Assembly: GCA_963804645.1 (NCBI GenBank)
Contig: CAWDRG010000019.1
Coordinates: forward strand, 245,227-309,226
Length of the DNA: 64,000 nt
Direction: 5' to 3'
Source: an uncultured Bacillota bacterium
GTDB taxonomy: Bacteria > Sysuimicrobiota > Sysuimicrobiia > Sysuimicrobiales > Segetimicrobiaceae
The notes below the pieces were generated by a model. It searched no databases. It saw nothing but the letters and a program-made list of their open reading frames with translations, and had not been told where the DNA came from. The translations under genes and the position numbers were made by a program. Each line of letters begins with the position of its first letter. Position 1 is the stretch's first letter. Shown one piece after another: positions 1 to 11,011 of the stretch.

Positions 1-1
1 G

Positions 2-1075
<1,074 letters not shown>

Positions 1076-1078
1076 GCG

Positions 1079-1435
1079 ATGCCCAAAGTACGCAAAATCC
1101 CTCAGCGGCAGTGTGTCGCCTGCGGCGAGACGCGGAGCAAGCGGGACCTGGTCCGCGTCGTCCGCACGCCCGCGGGCGACGTGCGTGTGGACGCGACGGG
1201 CAAGTTGTCCGGGCGCGGGGCCTACGTGTGCCCGGCCCCCAGCTGTGTCGACCGTGCCCTTCGCGACGGCCGGCTCGCGGGCATCCTCGAACGGCCGCTG
1301 CCGGAAACCCTGTCCGAGGCCCTCAGGGAGGCGGTGTCGCGGGATACGACGCCCCGCGCCCCCGTCGTGCGTCGGATCTCGCTCCGCCAGGCCGCGGAGG
1401 CCCTGCGGGGCGAGCCGGAGGGACGGAACGAATGA
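1079..1435 (+). CDS. ylxR: YlxR/RnpM (DUF448) RNA-binding protein
   Basis: PQRQCVACG...RDLVRVVR...GKLSGRGAYVC; canonical position between nusA and infB. Confidence 0.93.
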   Translation: MPKVRKIPQRQCVACGETRSKRDLVRVVRTPAGDVRVDATGKLSGRGAYVCPAPSCVDRALRDGRLAGILERPLPETLSEALREAVSRDTTPRAPVVRRISLRQAAEALRGEPEGRNE

Positions 1436-1466
1436 GCGGACGTGGAGATGAAATGGAGGGATCCTT

Positions 1467-3968
1467 GTGAAGGTGCATGAGCTGGCCAGGGAGCTCGGCC
1501 TGACCAGCCGGGAGCTGATTGCGCGGCTGGAGACGATGAAGGTCCCGGTCCGCAACCACATGAGCACGCTCGACGACGACACGGTGGCGCGCCTGCGCCG
1601 CGGTCCGTCCGAGGGCGCGGCGGCAGCCGCATCTTCGCCGGCGGCGCCCGAGCCGCCGCGCGGTCCGGCGAAGGCCGTGGACGAGGACAAGATCAAGCAG
1701 AGTGCCTTCCTCCAGACGAACTACGGCGCGGAGATCAAGGGCGTGCGCGTCATTCGGACGCAGCGCGTGGAGGCGGCTCCGCCTCCGCCGCCCGAGGTGG
1801 TGGAGGTACCGGCCGAGGCCGCCCCGGTGAGGGCGGGGCAGAAGGCGCCCGTGCGTCCCGGAGCCCCAGCGCCCGCCAAGAAGCCGGAGATTAAGAAGTC
1901 CGCCCCGACGGTGCCGGCCAAGGAGCAGCGGCCCGCCGCGCAGGCGCCGGCTGCGGTCCAGGCGGCCGCACCGGCCGCCCCCGCGAAGGACAAGCCCACC
2001 GTGCGGTTTGGCGATGTGCGCAAGGCGCCGCGCTACGCGGCGGGGACGGCCGACGCGGGCACGCGCCCACTTCCCGAGACGGCCCCCGTGAGCGTGCCGG
2101 CGGAGCCGGCCAAACCGGTCGAGCCGGTGCGGCCGCAGCCCGCCGCTGCGGCGATGGCCCCCGCGGCCCCGGCGGTTCCGGCCCCCGCGGCCCCGGCTCC
2201 GGTGCGGTATCTGGAGCTCGACGGGCCGATCCAGGTCGGCGAGTTCGCCGCGCGCATGGGCGTGGGCCCGGGCGAGGTCGTCAAGAAGCTCGTCGAGAGC
2301 GGCGTGATGGCCGGCATCAACCACATGATCCCGCTCGAGGTGGCGAGCAAGATCGCCCCTGCGTTCAATTTCTCGGTCAAGGCCCCCGAGGTGGTGCAGG
2401 TCAACGAGGTCGCGTCCACTCTGGAGGCGGCCGAGGTCGCGCCCCACGAGAAGGGGACGACGCCCAGGCCGCCGGTCGTCACCGTGATGGGCCACGTCGA
2501 TCACGGGAAGACGAGCCTGTTGGACGCGATTCGGAAAGCGTCCGTCGCAGCCCAGGAGTTCGGCGGGATCACCCAGCACATCGGCGCCTATACGGTCGAC
2601 GTCGGCGGGAAGCCGGTCACGTTCCTCGACACGCCCGGCCACGAGGCGTTCACCGCCCTGCGGGCGCGGGGCGCGCAGGTCACCGACATCGTCGTGCTGG
2701 TGGTGGCCGCGGACGACGGCGTGATGCCGCAGACGATCGAAGCGATCAATCACGCGAAGGCGGCGCGGGTGCCGATCATCGTGGCGATCAACAAGATCGA
2801 CCTGCCGCAGACGAACCCCGACCGGGTGAAGCAGGAACTGTCGGATCTCGGCCTTGTGCCCGAGGACTGGGGCGGGGACACGATCATGGTGCCGACCTCG
2901 GCGCGCCAGGGGACCGGCCTCGACACGCTTTTGGAGATGATCCTGCTTGTGGCCGAACTGCGCGACTTCCGGGCGACGCCGGACCGGCCGGCGCGGGGGA
3001 CCGTGATCGAAGCGCGGCTCGATCGGGGCCGCGGCCCGGTATCCACGGTGCTCGTGCAGGACGGCACGCTGCACGCCGGCGACGCCGCGGTGGTCGGGGA
3101 GACGTACGGTCGCATCCGGGCCATGACGGACGACAAGGGTGTGCGGCGGATGGAGGCGGGGCCCAGCATCCCGGTCGAGGTGACGGGGCTGAGCGAGGTC
3201 CCCGCCGCCGGCGACCTGCTCGAGGTGGTGACGAACGAGCGCATCGCCAAGGCCGTCGCCGAGGAGCGGCGGGAGCGCCGCCGGGCGACCGATCAGACGC
3301 AAATCCGGCAGCTCAGCGTGGAGGAGATCTCCAAAGAGGCCGGCTCCCAGACCGAGCGCAAGGAGCTGCGCCTGATCATCAAGGGCGACGTGCAGGGCTC
3401 CGTCGAAGCGCTCGTCGGCGCGCTCGAGCGCGTGACGACGCGGGAGGTCGTCATCACGATTCTCCACGCGGCGGTCGGCAACGTGACCGAGTCGGATGTC
3501 ATGCTTGCCGCGGCGAGCCACGCGACCGTCATCGGCTTCAACGTGCGGCCCGAGCCGCCGGTGCGGCGTCTCGCCGAGAGCGAGGGCGCCGACGTGCGGC
3601 TCTACCGGGTGATCTACGAAGTGCTGGACGACGTCAAAAAGCTCGCAACCGGCCTGATCCCGCCCGAGGAAGTCGAGGTGATCACCGGCCGCGCGGAGGT
3701 CCGGCGCGTCTACTCCATCAGCCGCGTCGGCGTGATCGCGGGGTCGTACGTGCTCTCCGGCAAGATCACCCGCGGCAGCAAGTGCCGGCTGATCCGCGAC
3801 GGCGTCGTGGTGCACGAGGGGGTCATCGGGTCGCTGCGCCGGTTCAAGGACGACGTGCGCGAGGTCACCGCCGACTTCGAGTGCGGCATCGGCTTGGAGC
3901 GGTTCACTGACGTCAAGGAACGGGACATTATCGAGACGTACGCGATCGAGACGAAACCGGCCGCCTGA
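1467..3968 (+). CDS. infB: Translation initiation factor IF-2
   Basis: N-terminal [10 protein letters not shown], Pro/Ala-rich linker, [25 protein letters not shown] at 1454. Confidence 0.98.
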   Translation: MKVHELARELGLTSRELIARLETMKVPVRNHMSTLDDDTVARLRRGPSEGAAAAASSPAAPEPPRGPAKAVDEDKIKQSAFLQTNYGAEIKGVRVIRTQRVEAAPPPPPEVVEVPAEAAPVRAGQKAPVRPGAPAPAKKPEIKKSAPTVPAKEQRPAAQAPAAVQAAAPAAPAKDKPTVRFGDVRKAPRYAAGTADAGTRPLPETAPVSVPAEPAKPVEPVRPQPAAAAMAPAAPAVPAPAAPAPVRYLELDGPIQVGEFAARMGVGPGEVVKKLVESGVMAGINHMIPLEVASKIAPAFNFSVKAPEVVQVNEVASTLEAAEVAPHEKGTTPRPPVVTVMGHVDHGKTSLLDAIRKASVAAQEFGGITQHIGAYTVDVGGKPVTFLDTPGHEAFTALRARGAQVTDIVVLVVAADDGVMPQTIEAINHAKAARVPIIVAINKIDLPQTNPDRVKQELSDLGLVPEDWGGDTIMVPTSARQGTGLDTLLEMILLVAELRDFRATPDRPARGTVIEARLDRGRGPVSTVLVQDGTLHAGDAAVVGETYGRIRAMTDDKGVRRMEAGPSIPVEVTGLSEVPAAGDLLEVVTNERIAKAVAEERRERRRATDQTQIRQLSVEEISKEAGSQTERKELRLIIKGDVQGSVEALVGALERVTTREVVITILHAAVGNVTESDVMLAAASHATVIGFNVRPEPPVRRLAESEGADVRLYRVIYEVLDDVKKLATGLIPPEEVEVITGRAEVRRVYSISRVGVIAGSYVLSGKITRGSKCRLIRDGVVVHEGVIGSLRRFKDDVREVTADFECGIGLERFTDVKERDIIETYAIETKPAA

Positions 3969-3993
3969 TCAGATCCCCGCCGGGGATGGCGCG

Positions 3994-4275
3994 ATGGTCG
4001 TCGGTGTGCTGCACGTCGAGTGCGGCCTTCCTGGAACCCAGAGCATCAAAGACAAGCGGCGGGTCGTGAAGTCGCTCCTCGACCGGCTGCACCATCGGTT
4101 CCACGTGGCCGCGGCCGAAGTGGCGCACCAGGACTCGTGGCGACGGGCGGGGCTGGCCGTGGCGTGCGTGAGTACGAGCGCACGCCACGCCGACGAGGTG
4201 CTGGCGCACGTCGCGCACGCGATCGAGCTGCACGCGGATCTCGTGCTGCTCGACTACCACATTGAGATGCGGTGA
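3994..4275 (+). CDS. DUF503 (YlxP-like) protein
   Basis: SIKDKRRVVKSL...AAAEV.HQD; position between infB and rbfA. Confidence 0.88.
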   Translation: MVVGVLHVECGLPGTQSIKDKRRVVKSLLDRLHHRFHVAAAEVAHQDSWRRAGLAVACVSTSARHADEVLAHVAHAIELHADLVLLDYHIEMR

Positions 4276-4281
4276 GACACC

Positions 4282-4647
4282 ATGACGTCCCCACGGATCG
4301 CCCGATTACGCGAACTGTTCAAGCAGGAGGCCAGCGTCATTCTTCAGCGGTCGATGAACGATCCCCGCGTCGGGTTCGTGTCGGTCACGGACGTGGATCT
4401 GAGCGGTGACCTGAGGCACGCGAAGATCTTCGTGAGCGTGTATGGCGACGCGAAAGAGAAGACGCGCACGATGGCGGCGCTGACGAGCGCGCGGGGATTC
4501 GTCCGGACCGAGCTGGCCCGTCGGATCCGGCTCCGGTACTTCCCCCAAGTGCACTTCCAGATGGATGAGTCGATCGAGCGGGGCGCCCGCGTGAACAGCC
4601 TGCTGCGGCAGGTGAAGCCCCCCGACCCCCCGCGGGACCCTGCATGA
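4282..4647 (+). CDS. rbfA: Ribosome-binding factor A
   Basis: DPRVGFVSVTDV.LSGDL.HAKIFVS, RYFPQVHF..D.SIE. Confidence 0.96.
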   Translation: MTSPRIARLRELFKQEASVILQRSMNDPRVGFVSVTDVDLSGDLRHAKIFVSVYGDAKEKTRTMAALTSARGFVRTELARRIRLRYFPQVHFQMDESIERGARVNSLLRQVKPPDPPRDPA

Positions 4648-5618
4648 GCCCAGCCACGCGGATCGCCGAGGCCCTCCGAGGCCGCAGCCACGTGCTGCTG
4701 CTCGGCCACGTCTCCCCCGACGGCGACAGCCTCGGGTCCACCCTGGCCCTCGCCCGGGCGCTGTGGACGTGCGGGCAGCACGCGACCGTGGGGAGCGCCG
4801 ACGGGGTGCCCACGATGTACCGGTTTCTGCCGGGGAGCGAGCGGATTCAGACGGCCCTTCCGGACGGCGCGACGTACGATGCGGTCGTGTTCATGGAGTG
4901 CAGTTCACCGGAGCGCGCCGGGGCGCTCGCGGCCCGCGCCGCCGGCGTTCCGCTCTGGGTCAATATCGATCACCACGTCAGCAACTCGGGGTTCGGCGAC
5001 CTGATCGACCACGATCCCGCGGCCGCCGCGGTCGGGGAGCTCGTCTATCCGATCGTCCGAGAATTTCTGCCCACCCTCGACGCCGGAACGGCGACGTGCC
5101 TGCTGTGCGCGCTGTTGACGGACACCGGCAGCTTTCGGTATCAGAGCGTCGCGCCGGGCACGCTCCGCATCGCCGCGGACCTGGTCGCCGCCGGCGCGAG
5201 CGTGGCCGAGGTGTACGAACAGGTCTACGAGAACCGGCCCGCCAGCGCGCTGCACCTGCTCGGCAAGGCGCTCGACCGCTGCGCGCTTGCGGAAGAGGGC
5301 CGCGTCGCGTGGACCGTCGTGACGCAGGCGATGCTCCGGGAGACCGGCGCCGTCATGGAGGACTCCGAAGGCATCATCGGCGCGCTCCGAGGGATTGCCG
5401 GCGTCGAGGTCGCCGCGCTGTTCAAGGAGGAGCCGGACGGCATTCGCGTGAGCCTGCGGGCGCGGGGCCGCGTGCGGGCGCATGTGATCGCGGGGGCGTT
5501 CGGCGGGGGCGGGCACGCCGCGGCCGCCGGCTTCACCGGTCACGGCAGCCTGGATGACGTCGTGCGGCAGACGCTCGAAGTCGTCCAGCGTGAGCTGGGC
5601 GCGGTTTCGGAGTCGTAG
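4644..5618 (+). CDS. nrnA: DHH/DHHA1 phosphoesterase (NrnA-like oligoribonuclease/pAp phosphatase)
   Basis: H..PDGDSLGS, IDHH, DTGSF, GGGHAAAAG; ATGA overlap with rbfA. Confidence 0.9.
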   Translation: MSPATRIAEALRGRSHVLLLGHVSPDGDSLGSTLALARALWTCGQHATVGSADGVPTMYRFLPGSERIQTALPDGATYDAVVFMECSSPERAGALAARAAGVPLWVNIDHHVSNSGFGDLIDHDPAAAAVGELVYPIVREFLPTLDAGTATCLLCALLTDTGSFRYQSVAPGTLRIAADLVAAGASVAEVYEQVYENRPASALHLLGKALDRCALAEEGRVAWTVVTQAMLRETGAVMEDSEGIIGALRGIAGVEVAALFKEEPDGIRVSLRARGRVRAHVIAGAFGGGGHAAAAGFTGHGSLDDVVRQTLEVVQRELGAVSES

Positions 5619-5626
5619 GGGCGCCG

Positions 5627-6574
5627 GTGGACGGAATCCTCTGCGTGCTGAAGCCGCCGGGCATGACGTCGCACGACGTCGTGGATGTCGTGCGGCGCCT
5701 CGTGGGGATTCGCCGGGTCGGGCATACCGGGACGCTCGACCCGGGCGCCGCGGGCGTGCTCGTGTGCTGCGTCGGCCGCGCCACGCGGCTCAGCGAGTTC
5801 TTGATGGACGCCGACAAGGAGTACCGCGTGGAACTTCGGCTCGGGATGAGCACGAGCACCGGGGACGCGTACGGCGAGCTCCTCCCGCCCGCCGACGCGG
5901 AGCAGGCCGCGCGGCCGGTGCCGCGCGCGGCGCTGGACCAGGCGCTCCGGCAGTTCACGGGAGAGATCATGCAGATCCCGCCGATGGTGTCGGCGATTCA
6001 CCACGGCGGGACGCGGCTGTACCAGCTCGCGCGCCGCGGCGAGGTGGTCGAGCGGGACGCACGCAAGGTCTCGATCTACCGCATCGACGTGCTGCGCGCC
6101 TCCGAGGATGGGCGGACGGTCCTGCTGCACGTCTCCTGCGGCAAGGGGACGTACATCCGCACACTGTGCGCCGACGTGGGCGACGTGCTCGGCGTCGGCG
6201 GGTACGCGCACTTCATGATCCGCACCCGCGCGGGGCAGTTCGAGCTCGAGGACGCGTGGACGCTCGAAGAGCTGGCCGCGGCCCAAGCGCGCGACGCGCT
6301 GGCCGAGGCCCTCGCGTCGATGGACCGCGCCGTCACCCACCTGCCGGCGGTGGACCTCCCCGACCGGTCGGTGACGGACGTGCTGCACGGTCACCCCGTG
6401 CCGTTATGGAAGCTGGGAGACACCCGCGTGTCGGACGACAGTCCGGTCCGGCTCCGCAGCCGGCAGGGCACCCTCATCGCGCTGGCGCGCATCGAGGACG
6501 GGGCGCTGCGGCCGTTCAAGGTGCTCGCGGGACCCGAGGGAGGGTCGGTTGCGCATCGCGCGCGGCCTCGCTGA
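5627..6574 (+). CDS. truB: tRNA pseudouridine(55) synthase
   Basis: KPPGMTSHDVV, GHTGTLDP, CGKGTYIRTL. Confidence 0.97.
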   Translation: MDGILCVLKPPGMTSHDVVDVVRRLVGIRRVGHTGTLDPGAAGVLVCCVGRATRLSEFLMDADKEYRVELRLGMSTSTGDAYGELLPPADAEQAARPVPRAALDQALRQFTGEIMQIPPMVSAIHHGGTRLYQLARRGEVVERDARKVSIYRIDVLRASEDGRTVLLHVSCGKGTYIRTLCADVGDVLGVGGYAHFMIRTRAGQFELEDAWTLEELAAAQARDALAEALASMDRAVTHLPAVDLPDRSVTDVLHGHPVPLWKLGDTRVSDDSPVRLRSRQGTLIALARIEDGALRPFKVLAGPEGGSVAHRARPR

Positions 6575-7496
6575 GGTTCCCGAGGCGCTCCCGGCGCCCG
6601 TGCTGGCGCTTGGGACGTTCGACGGCATCCACGTGGGGCACCGGCAGGTGATCGGCGGCGCCATGGCGCGCGCGCGGGATCTCGAGGGCACCGCGGTCGT
6701 CGTCACGTTCGAGCCCCATCCGCTCGAGGTGCTCCGGCCCGGCACCGACCCGGTCCTGCTGACGACCCTCGACGAGCGCCTCGCCCTGCTGGACGACGCC
6801 GGCGTGGACCTCACGGTCGTGCTTCCCTTCGACCTCGCGTTCTCGCAAATCACGGCGGAGACGTGGCTCGACGAGATCCTCGCCGGACGCCTGGACGCGC
6901 GCGCGGTGTTCGCCGGGTCGTCGTACACGTTCGGGCACCGGCGCCAGGGTACTGCGGCGCGCCTGGCGGAGTGGGGCCGGGACCGCGGGGTCGAGGTGCA
7001 CCTGATCCCGGCGGTGCTGGTGAGCGGCGAGCCGGTCAGCAGCAGCCGGATCCGCACCGCGCTGCGGGAGGGGCTCGTTGACGAGGCGGCGCGCCTCTTG
7101 GGCCGCTGGTACGGATTGGGCGGCACCGTGACCTCGGGGCAGGGCCGCGGCCGCACGATCGGGTTTCCCACCGCCAACCTGGTCCCGCCGGCCCGGAAGG
7201 TGCTCCCGGGGCAGGGCGTCTACGCGACGATCGTCGACGTGGACGGGCGGCGATACGGGGGAGCGACCAACGTGGGGCGGCGCCCCACGTTCGGCGGCGG
7301 CGACGTGACGGTGGAGACGCATCTCCTGGGATTCGCCGGCGAGCTGTCCGGGCGCACGACCGTCGTGTCATTCGTGCAGCGGCTGCGCGAGGAGCGCACG
7401 TTTCCAGGCGCCGACGCCCTCGTGCGGCAGATTCACGACGACGTCGAGCAGGCACGGCAGTTGCTTGCCGGGGTGGGACCGGGTATAATACGGTAG
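6549..7496 (+). CDS. ribF: Bifunctional riboflavin kinase/FAD synthetase
   Basis: GTFDGIHVGH, VSSSRIR, GRTIGFPTAN, NVGRRPTF, VETHLL. Confidence 0.96.
   Translation: MRIARGLAEVPEALPAPVLALGTFDGIHVGHRQVIGGAMARARDLEGTAVVVTFEPHPLEVLRPGTDPVLLTTLDERLALLDDAGVDLTVVLPFDLAFSQITAETWLDEILAGRLDARAVFAGSSYTFGHRRQGTAARLAEWGRDRGVEVHLIPAVLVSGEPVSSSRIRTALREGLVDEAARLLGRWYGLGGTVTSGQGRGRTIGFPTANLVPPARKVLPGQGVYATIVDVDGRRYGGATNVGRRPTFGGGDVTVETHLLGFAGELSGRTTVVSFVQRLREERTFPGADALVRQIHDDVEQARQLLAGVGPGIIR
7461..7489 (+). promoter_or_regulatory. sigma70-type promoter inside the 3' end of ribF
   Basis: TTGCTT (7461-7466) - 17 nt - TATAAT (7484-7489). Confidence 0.65.
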
Positions 7497-7562
7497 TGCC
7501 GGAGGGCCACCGGAGGGGCGCGGAAGACCACGGGGCATTGCAGGAGCCCCCGGCCACGAGTC

Positions 7563-7591
7563 TGACCACCGTCGCGGTGGTCAATTTGTTT
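7563..7591 (+). terminator. Intrinsic terminator-like hairpin upstream of nusB
   Basis: TGACCACCG-tcg-CGGTGGTCA perfect 9-bp stem followed by ATTTGTTT. Confidence 0.6.
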
Positions 7592-7611
7592 GGGACGCAA
7601 TTCGGAGAACG

Positions 7612-8040
7612 GTGACGATGCGGCGGCGGGCGCGCGAGGCGGCGTTGGAGGTCCTGTTCCAGATGGACCTGGGGAAGTTGTCGCTCGACGACGCCCTGGA
7701 GTCGATCCGCGGGCAGGGCTGGCCGCCGGACGACTGGACGTTCATCGTCACCCTCGCGCGCGGGACGCGCGAGCGGCTTGAGACCATCGACACGGTGATC
7801 ACCGGGGTCGCCGAGCACTGGACGCTGGAGCGCATGGCGACCGTCGACCGCAACATCCTCCGCCTCGCCGTCTTCGAACTGCAGTCCGGGGACACCCCGG
7901 TCGGGGTCGTCATCAATGAGGCCGTCGAACTCGCCAAGCGCTACAGCACCGAGGAATCCGGTCGCTTCGTGAACGGCATGCTCGGCAAAATCGCCCGATC
8001 CGGCCCCTCGCCGCTAGTGCGGCAGGCGGCGGACGTATGA
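7612..8040 (+). CDS. nusB: Transcription antitermination factor NusB
   Basis: RRRAREAALEVLFQ, DRNILRLA, VVINEAVELAKRYS, FVNGML. Confidence 0.96.
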   Translation: MTMRRRAREAALEVLFQMDLGKLSLDDALESIRGQGWPPDDWTFIVTLARGTRERLETIDTVITGVAEHWTLERMATVDRNILRLAVFELQSGDTPVGVVINEAVELAKRYSTEESGRFVNGMLGKIARSGPSPLVRQAADV

Positions 8041-8056
8041 GGGGCGGGGGTGGCCG

Positions 8057-8341
8057 ATGCGCGTGCGTGCAGTCGTGTCGGGACGGGTGCAGGGCGTCGG
8101 GTTCCGCTATTTCACCCGCTCGGCCGCGACGCGCCTCGGGGTCGGCGGATTCGTCCGCAACCTGCCCGACGGCCGCGTCGAAGTCTCTGCCGCAGGTGAT
8201 CATCGGGCGCTCGAGGCGCTGCTGGCCGTGCTGCGCGAGGGTCCGGCCGGAGCGGCGGTCCGCGGCGTCGCCGTGGAGTGGGTCGACGCCGCCGAGGCGG
8301 GAGCGTCCGGCGCCGGGGCGCGCGAGTTCACCATCCGCTAG
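8057..8341 (+). CDS. acyP: Acylphosphatase
   Basis: VSGRVQGVGFR, GFVRNLPDGRVE. Confidence 0.93.
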   Translation: MRVRAVVSGRVQGVGFRYFTRSAATRLGVGGFVRNLPDGRVEVSAAGDHRALEALLAVLREGPAGAAVRGVAVEWVDAAEAGASGAGAREFTIR

Positions 8342-9262
8342 GTGAGGATGAAGGGAACGTCGCGCCGACCGGCCGCCATCGAAACGCTCCTCGCTGAGCA
8401 CGGTCGCTTGGTCGAGGATGCGCTGGATCGCTATCTCCCCAGTTCCGCCACACCGCCGCAGGCCGTGCACCAGGCGATGCGCCACAGCGTGTTCGCCGGG
8501 GGCAAGCGGCTCCGCCCGATCCTCGTCATCGCCGCCGCGGGGGTCGTCGGAGCGCCGCCCGGGCACGTCATGGCGTCGGCGTGCGCGATCGAGCTGATCC
8601 ATACCTACTCGCTGATCCACGACGATCTCCCCGCGATGGACAACTCGCCGACCCGGCGGGGCCGCCCGACCTGCCACGTGCTCTACGGCGAGGCGATGGC
8701 CGTGCTCGCCGGGGACGCGCTCCACGCCCTCGCGTTTGAGCTGCTCGTCCGCAACGCCGAGGTGCCGGGCATCGAGCCCGCGCGCGTGCTGCGGGCGATC
8801 GGCGAGGTGACGCACGGCATCGGCACGGCGGGGATGGTCGGCGGGCAGGTGCTGGATCTGCTCGCCGTCGGCGGGCCCCTCGACGAGGCCGCCGTGCGGG
8901 AGATGCACCGGCTCAAGACGGGCTCGCTGATCCGGGCGTGCCTGCGCGTGGGGGCGATTCTGGGCGGCGCCGAGCCGGCGACGCTCGAGGCCCTGGGCCG
9001 GTACGGCGCGCACGTCGGGCTCGCCTTTCAGATCGTCGACGACATCCTGGACGTCGTCGGCGAGCAGGCGAAGCTCGGCAAGGAGACCGGCAGCGACGCG
9101 ACGATGGCGAAGGTGACGTTCCCGTCGGTGTTCGGCGTCGAGCGCTCGCGCGCCATCGCCGAGGACGCGACCCGGCAGGCGGTCGAGGCGCTGGCGTTCC
9201 TCGGCGCCCCGGCGGACCGGCTGTGCGATCTCGCCGAGTTTCTGCTGCACCGCGAGCGATGA
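8342..9262 (+). CDS. ispA: Polyprenyl (farnesyl/geranylgeranyl) diphosphate synthase
   Basis: GGKRLRP, LIHDDLPAMD, RRGRPT, FQIVDDILD; start may be 8348. Confidence 0.93.
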   Translation: MRMKGTSRRPAAIETLLAEHGRLVEDALDRYLPSSATPPQAVHQAMRHSVFAGGKRLRPILVIAAAGVVGAPPGHVMASACAIELIHTYSLIHDDLPAMDNSPTRRGRPTCHVLYGEAMAVLAGDALHALAFELLVRNAEVPGIEPARVLRAIGEVTHGIGTAGMVGGQVLDLLAVGGPLDEAAVREMHRLKTGSLIRACLRVGAILGGAEPATLEALGRYGAHVGLAFQIVDDILDVVGEQAKLGKETGSDATMAKVTFPSVFGVERSRAIAEDATRQAVEALAFLGAPADRLCDLAEFLLHRER

Positions 9263-10098
9263 CGACGCGGGCCGCGCCGGCGGTGGGTATGCGCCTCGAC
9301 CAGTGGCTGGTGGCGCGGGGATTGACGGCCACGCGCGAGGAGGCGCAGGCGGCGATCATGGCCGGCCTCGTGACCGTGGACACGCAGCGCGCGGACAAGC
9401 CGGGACGGCACGTTGGTCCGGACGCCGCGCGTCGTGCTGCACGGGCCCGCGCGTCCGTACGCCAGCCGCGGGGGGATCAAGCTGGCGGCGGCGCTCGACG
9501 CGTTCACGCTCGACGTGCGCGGGCGAGTCGCGGTCGATCTCGGCGCGAGCACCGGGGGGTTCACGGACTGCCTGCTGCAGCGGGGCGCCGCGCGGGTGTA
9601 CGCGGTGGACGTGGGCCGCGGACAGCTGGCGTGGACGCCTGCGGACGCGATCCGCGCGTCGTCGTGCTCGAAGGCACGAACGCGCGGTCCCTGACGCCGG
9701 ACGCCGTCGGAGGCCCGCGGGGGCTCGTCACTGCCGACCTGGCCTTCATCAGCCTGCGGCTCGTCTGGCCGGCGATCGCCGGGCTCGTGGTGCCGGACGG
9801 CGACGTCGTCGCGCTGGTGAAGCCCCAGTTCGAGGCGGGCCGGGCCCGCGTGGGGCGGGGCGGCGTCGTGCGCGATCCGGAGGTGCACGCGGCCGTGCTC
9901 GAGGACGTACTGCGCGGTGCGGAGGCGCACGGCCTGGTGCCGGCGGGGGCGATCCCGTCCCCGATCACCGGCCCGGCGGGCAACATCGAGTATCTCGTGC
10001 ACCTGCGCCGCGCGGCGCCGTCCGCCGCGCGCCCGGACGTGGCGGCGGTCGTGCGCGAGGCGCACGCGCGGCTGGCGCCGGAGCGGGCGCGCCCGTGA
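9259..10098 (+). CDS. tlyA: TlyA-family rRNA 2'-O-methyltransferase, with two compensating frameshifts (~9430, ~9635), probably sequence errors
   Basis: RLDQWLV S4 start and LVKPQFE/GNIEYL end share one frame; [33 protein letters not shown] lie in the 9413-9694 frame. Confidence 0.88.
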   Translation: MTTRAAPAVGMRLDQWLVARGLTATREEAQAAIMAGLVTVDTQRADKPGRHVGPDAARRAARARASVRQPRGDQAGGGARRVHARRARASRGRSRREHRGVHGLPAAAGRRAGVRGGRGPRTAGVDACGRDPRVVVLEGTNARSLTPDAVGGPRGLVTADLAFISLRLVWPAIAGLVVPDGDVVALVKPQFEAGRARVGRGGVVRDPEVHAAVLEDVLRGAEAHGLVPAGAIPSPITGPAGNIEYLVHLRRAAPSAARPDVAAVVREAHARLAPERARP

Positions 10099-10974
10099 CC
10101 ACCGTCGGCGCTGTACGTCAATCCCGGGAAGCTCGAGGAAAATCCCGAGGTCGCGCGGCTCGCGCGCGAGGCCGTGGGGATGCTGGTCGAGCGCGGCGTC
10201 GCCGTCCTCGTGAACGACGGCGCCGCCGCGCCGCTCGGGTTCCGGGACCTGGGGGTGCCGGAGACCGCGCTCGCCGCGCGCGCGGACGTGTTCGTCGTGT
10301 TCGGCGGGGACGGTACGATTCTGGCCGCGGCCCGCGAGGCGGCGCCGCGGGAGATCCCGCTCCTCGGCGTCAACCTCGGCGCCTTCGGCTTTCTCGCCGA
10401 GGTCACGGATGCCGAGGTGAAGGACGCGCTCGAGCGGCTGCTTGCCGGCGACTATCATCTGGACGAGCGCATGATGCTGCGGGCCGAGGTGCGGCGTGCG
10501 GACCGGCCGATCAAGGAATTCCTCGCGCTCAACGACATCGTCGTCACCAAGACCGGCTACGCGCGGCTGCTGCGGGTCCGCACCTACGTCAACGACAACC
10601 ATCTCGCGACCCACCGCGCCGACGGCCTGATCGTGGCCACGCCGACAGGCTCGACAGCGTACTCGCTGTCGGCGGGCGGGCCGATCGTGCACCCGTCCGT
10701 GCCGGCGATGGTCGTGACGCCGATCTGCCCGCACACGCTGAACGCGCGCGCGGTCGTGATCTCGGCCGACGACGTCGTCGCGGTGCGGCTCGATCCCGGC
10801 GGCGCGCCGCCGCCGCCGGCGATCCTGACCGTCGATGGGCAGGAGGGATTTCCGCTGGCCGACGACGATGAGGTGCGCGTGAGGCGCTCGCCCTACCGGG
10901 CGCGCCTGATCCGGTTCGGCGGAGAAGGGTTTTACACGGTGCTTCGGTCCAAGCTGTGGTGGGGGGCGCGCTGA
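10095..10974 (+). CDS. nadK: NAD+ kinase (apparent frameshift at ~10110)
   Basis: [43 protein letters not shown] at 10095 (VTTVG) is out of frame with LYVNPGK. Confidence 0.93.
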
Positions 10975-11011
10975 GGGCTCGCGGGCGCCGACGGAGGAGG
11001 GGACGCAGCTG

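Noticed and set aside
1600..2210. Repetitive GCCCCGGC-rich tract in infB
   Set aside because: Encodes the ordinary Pro/Ala-rich IF-2 linker, not a repeat array
7497..7560. SRP RNA or FMN riboswitch after ribF
   Set aside because: Lacks the SRP CAGG..GNRA..AGCAG helix and FMN-riboswitch consensus, and lies downstream of ribF
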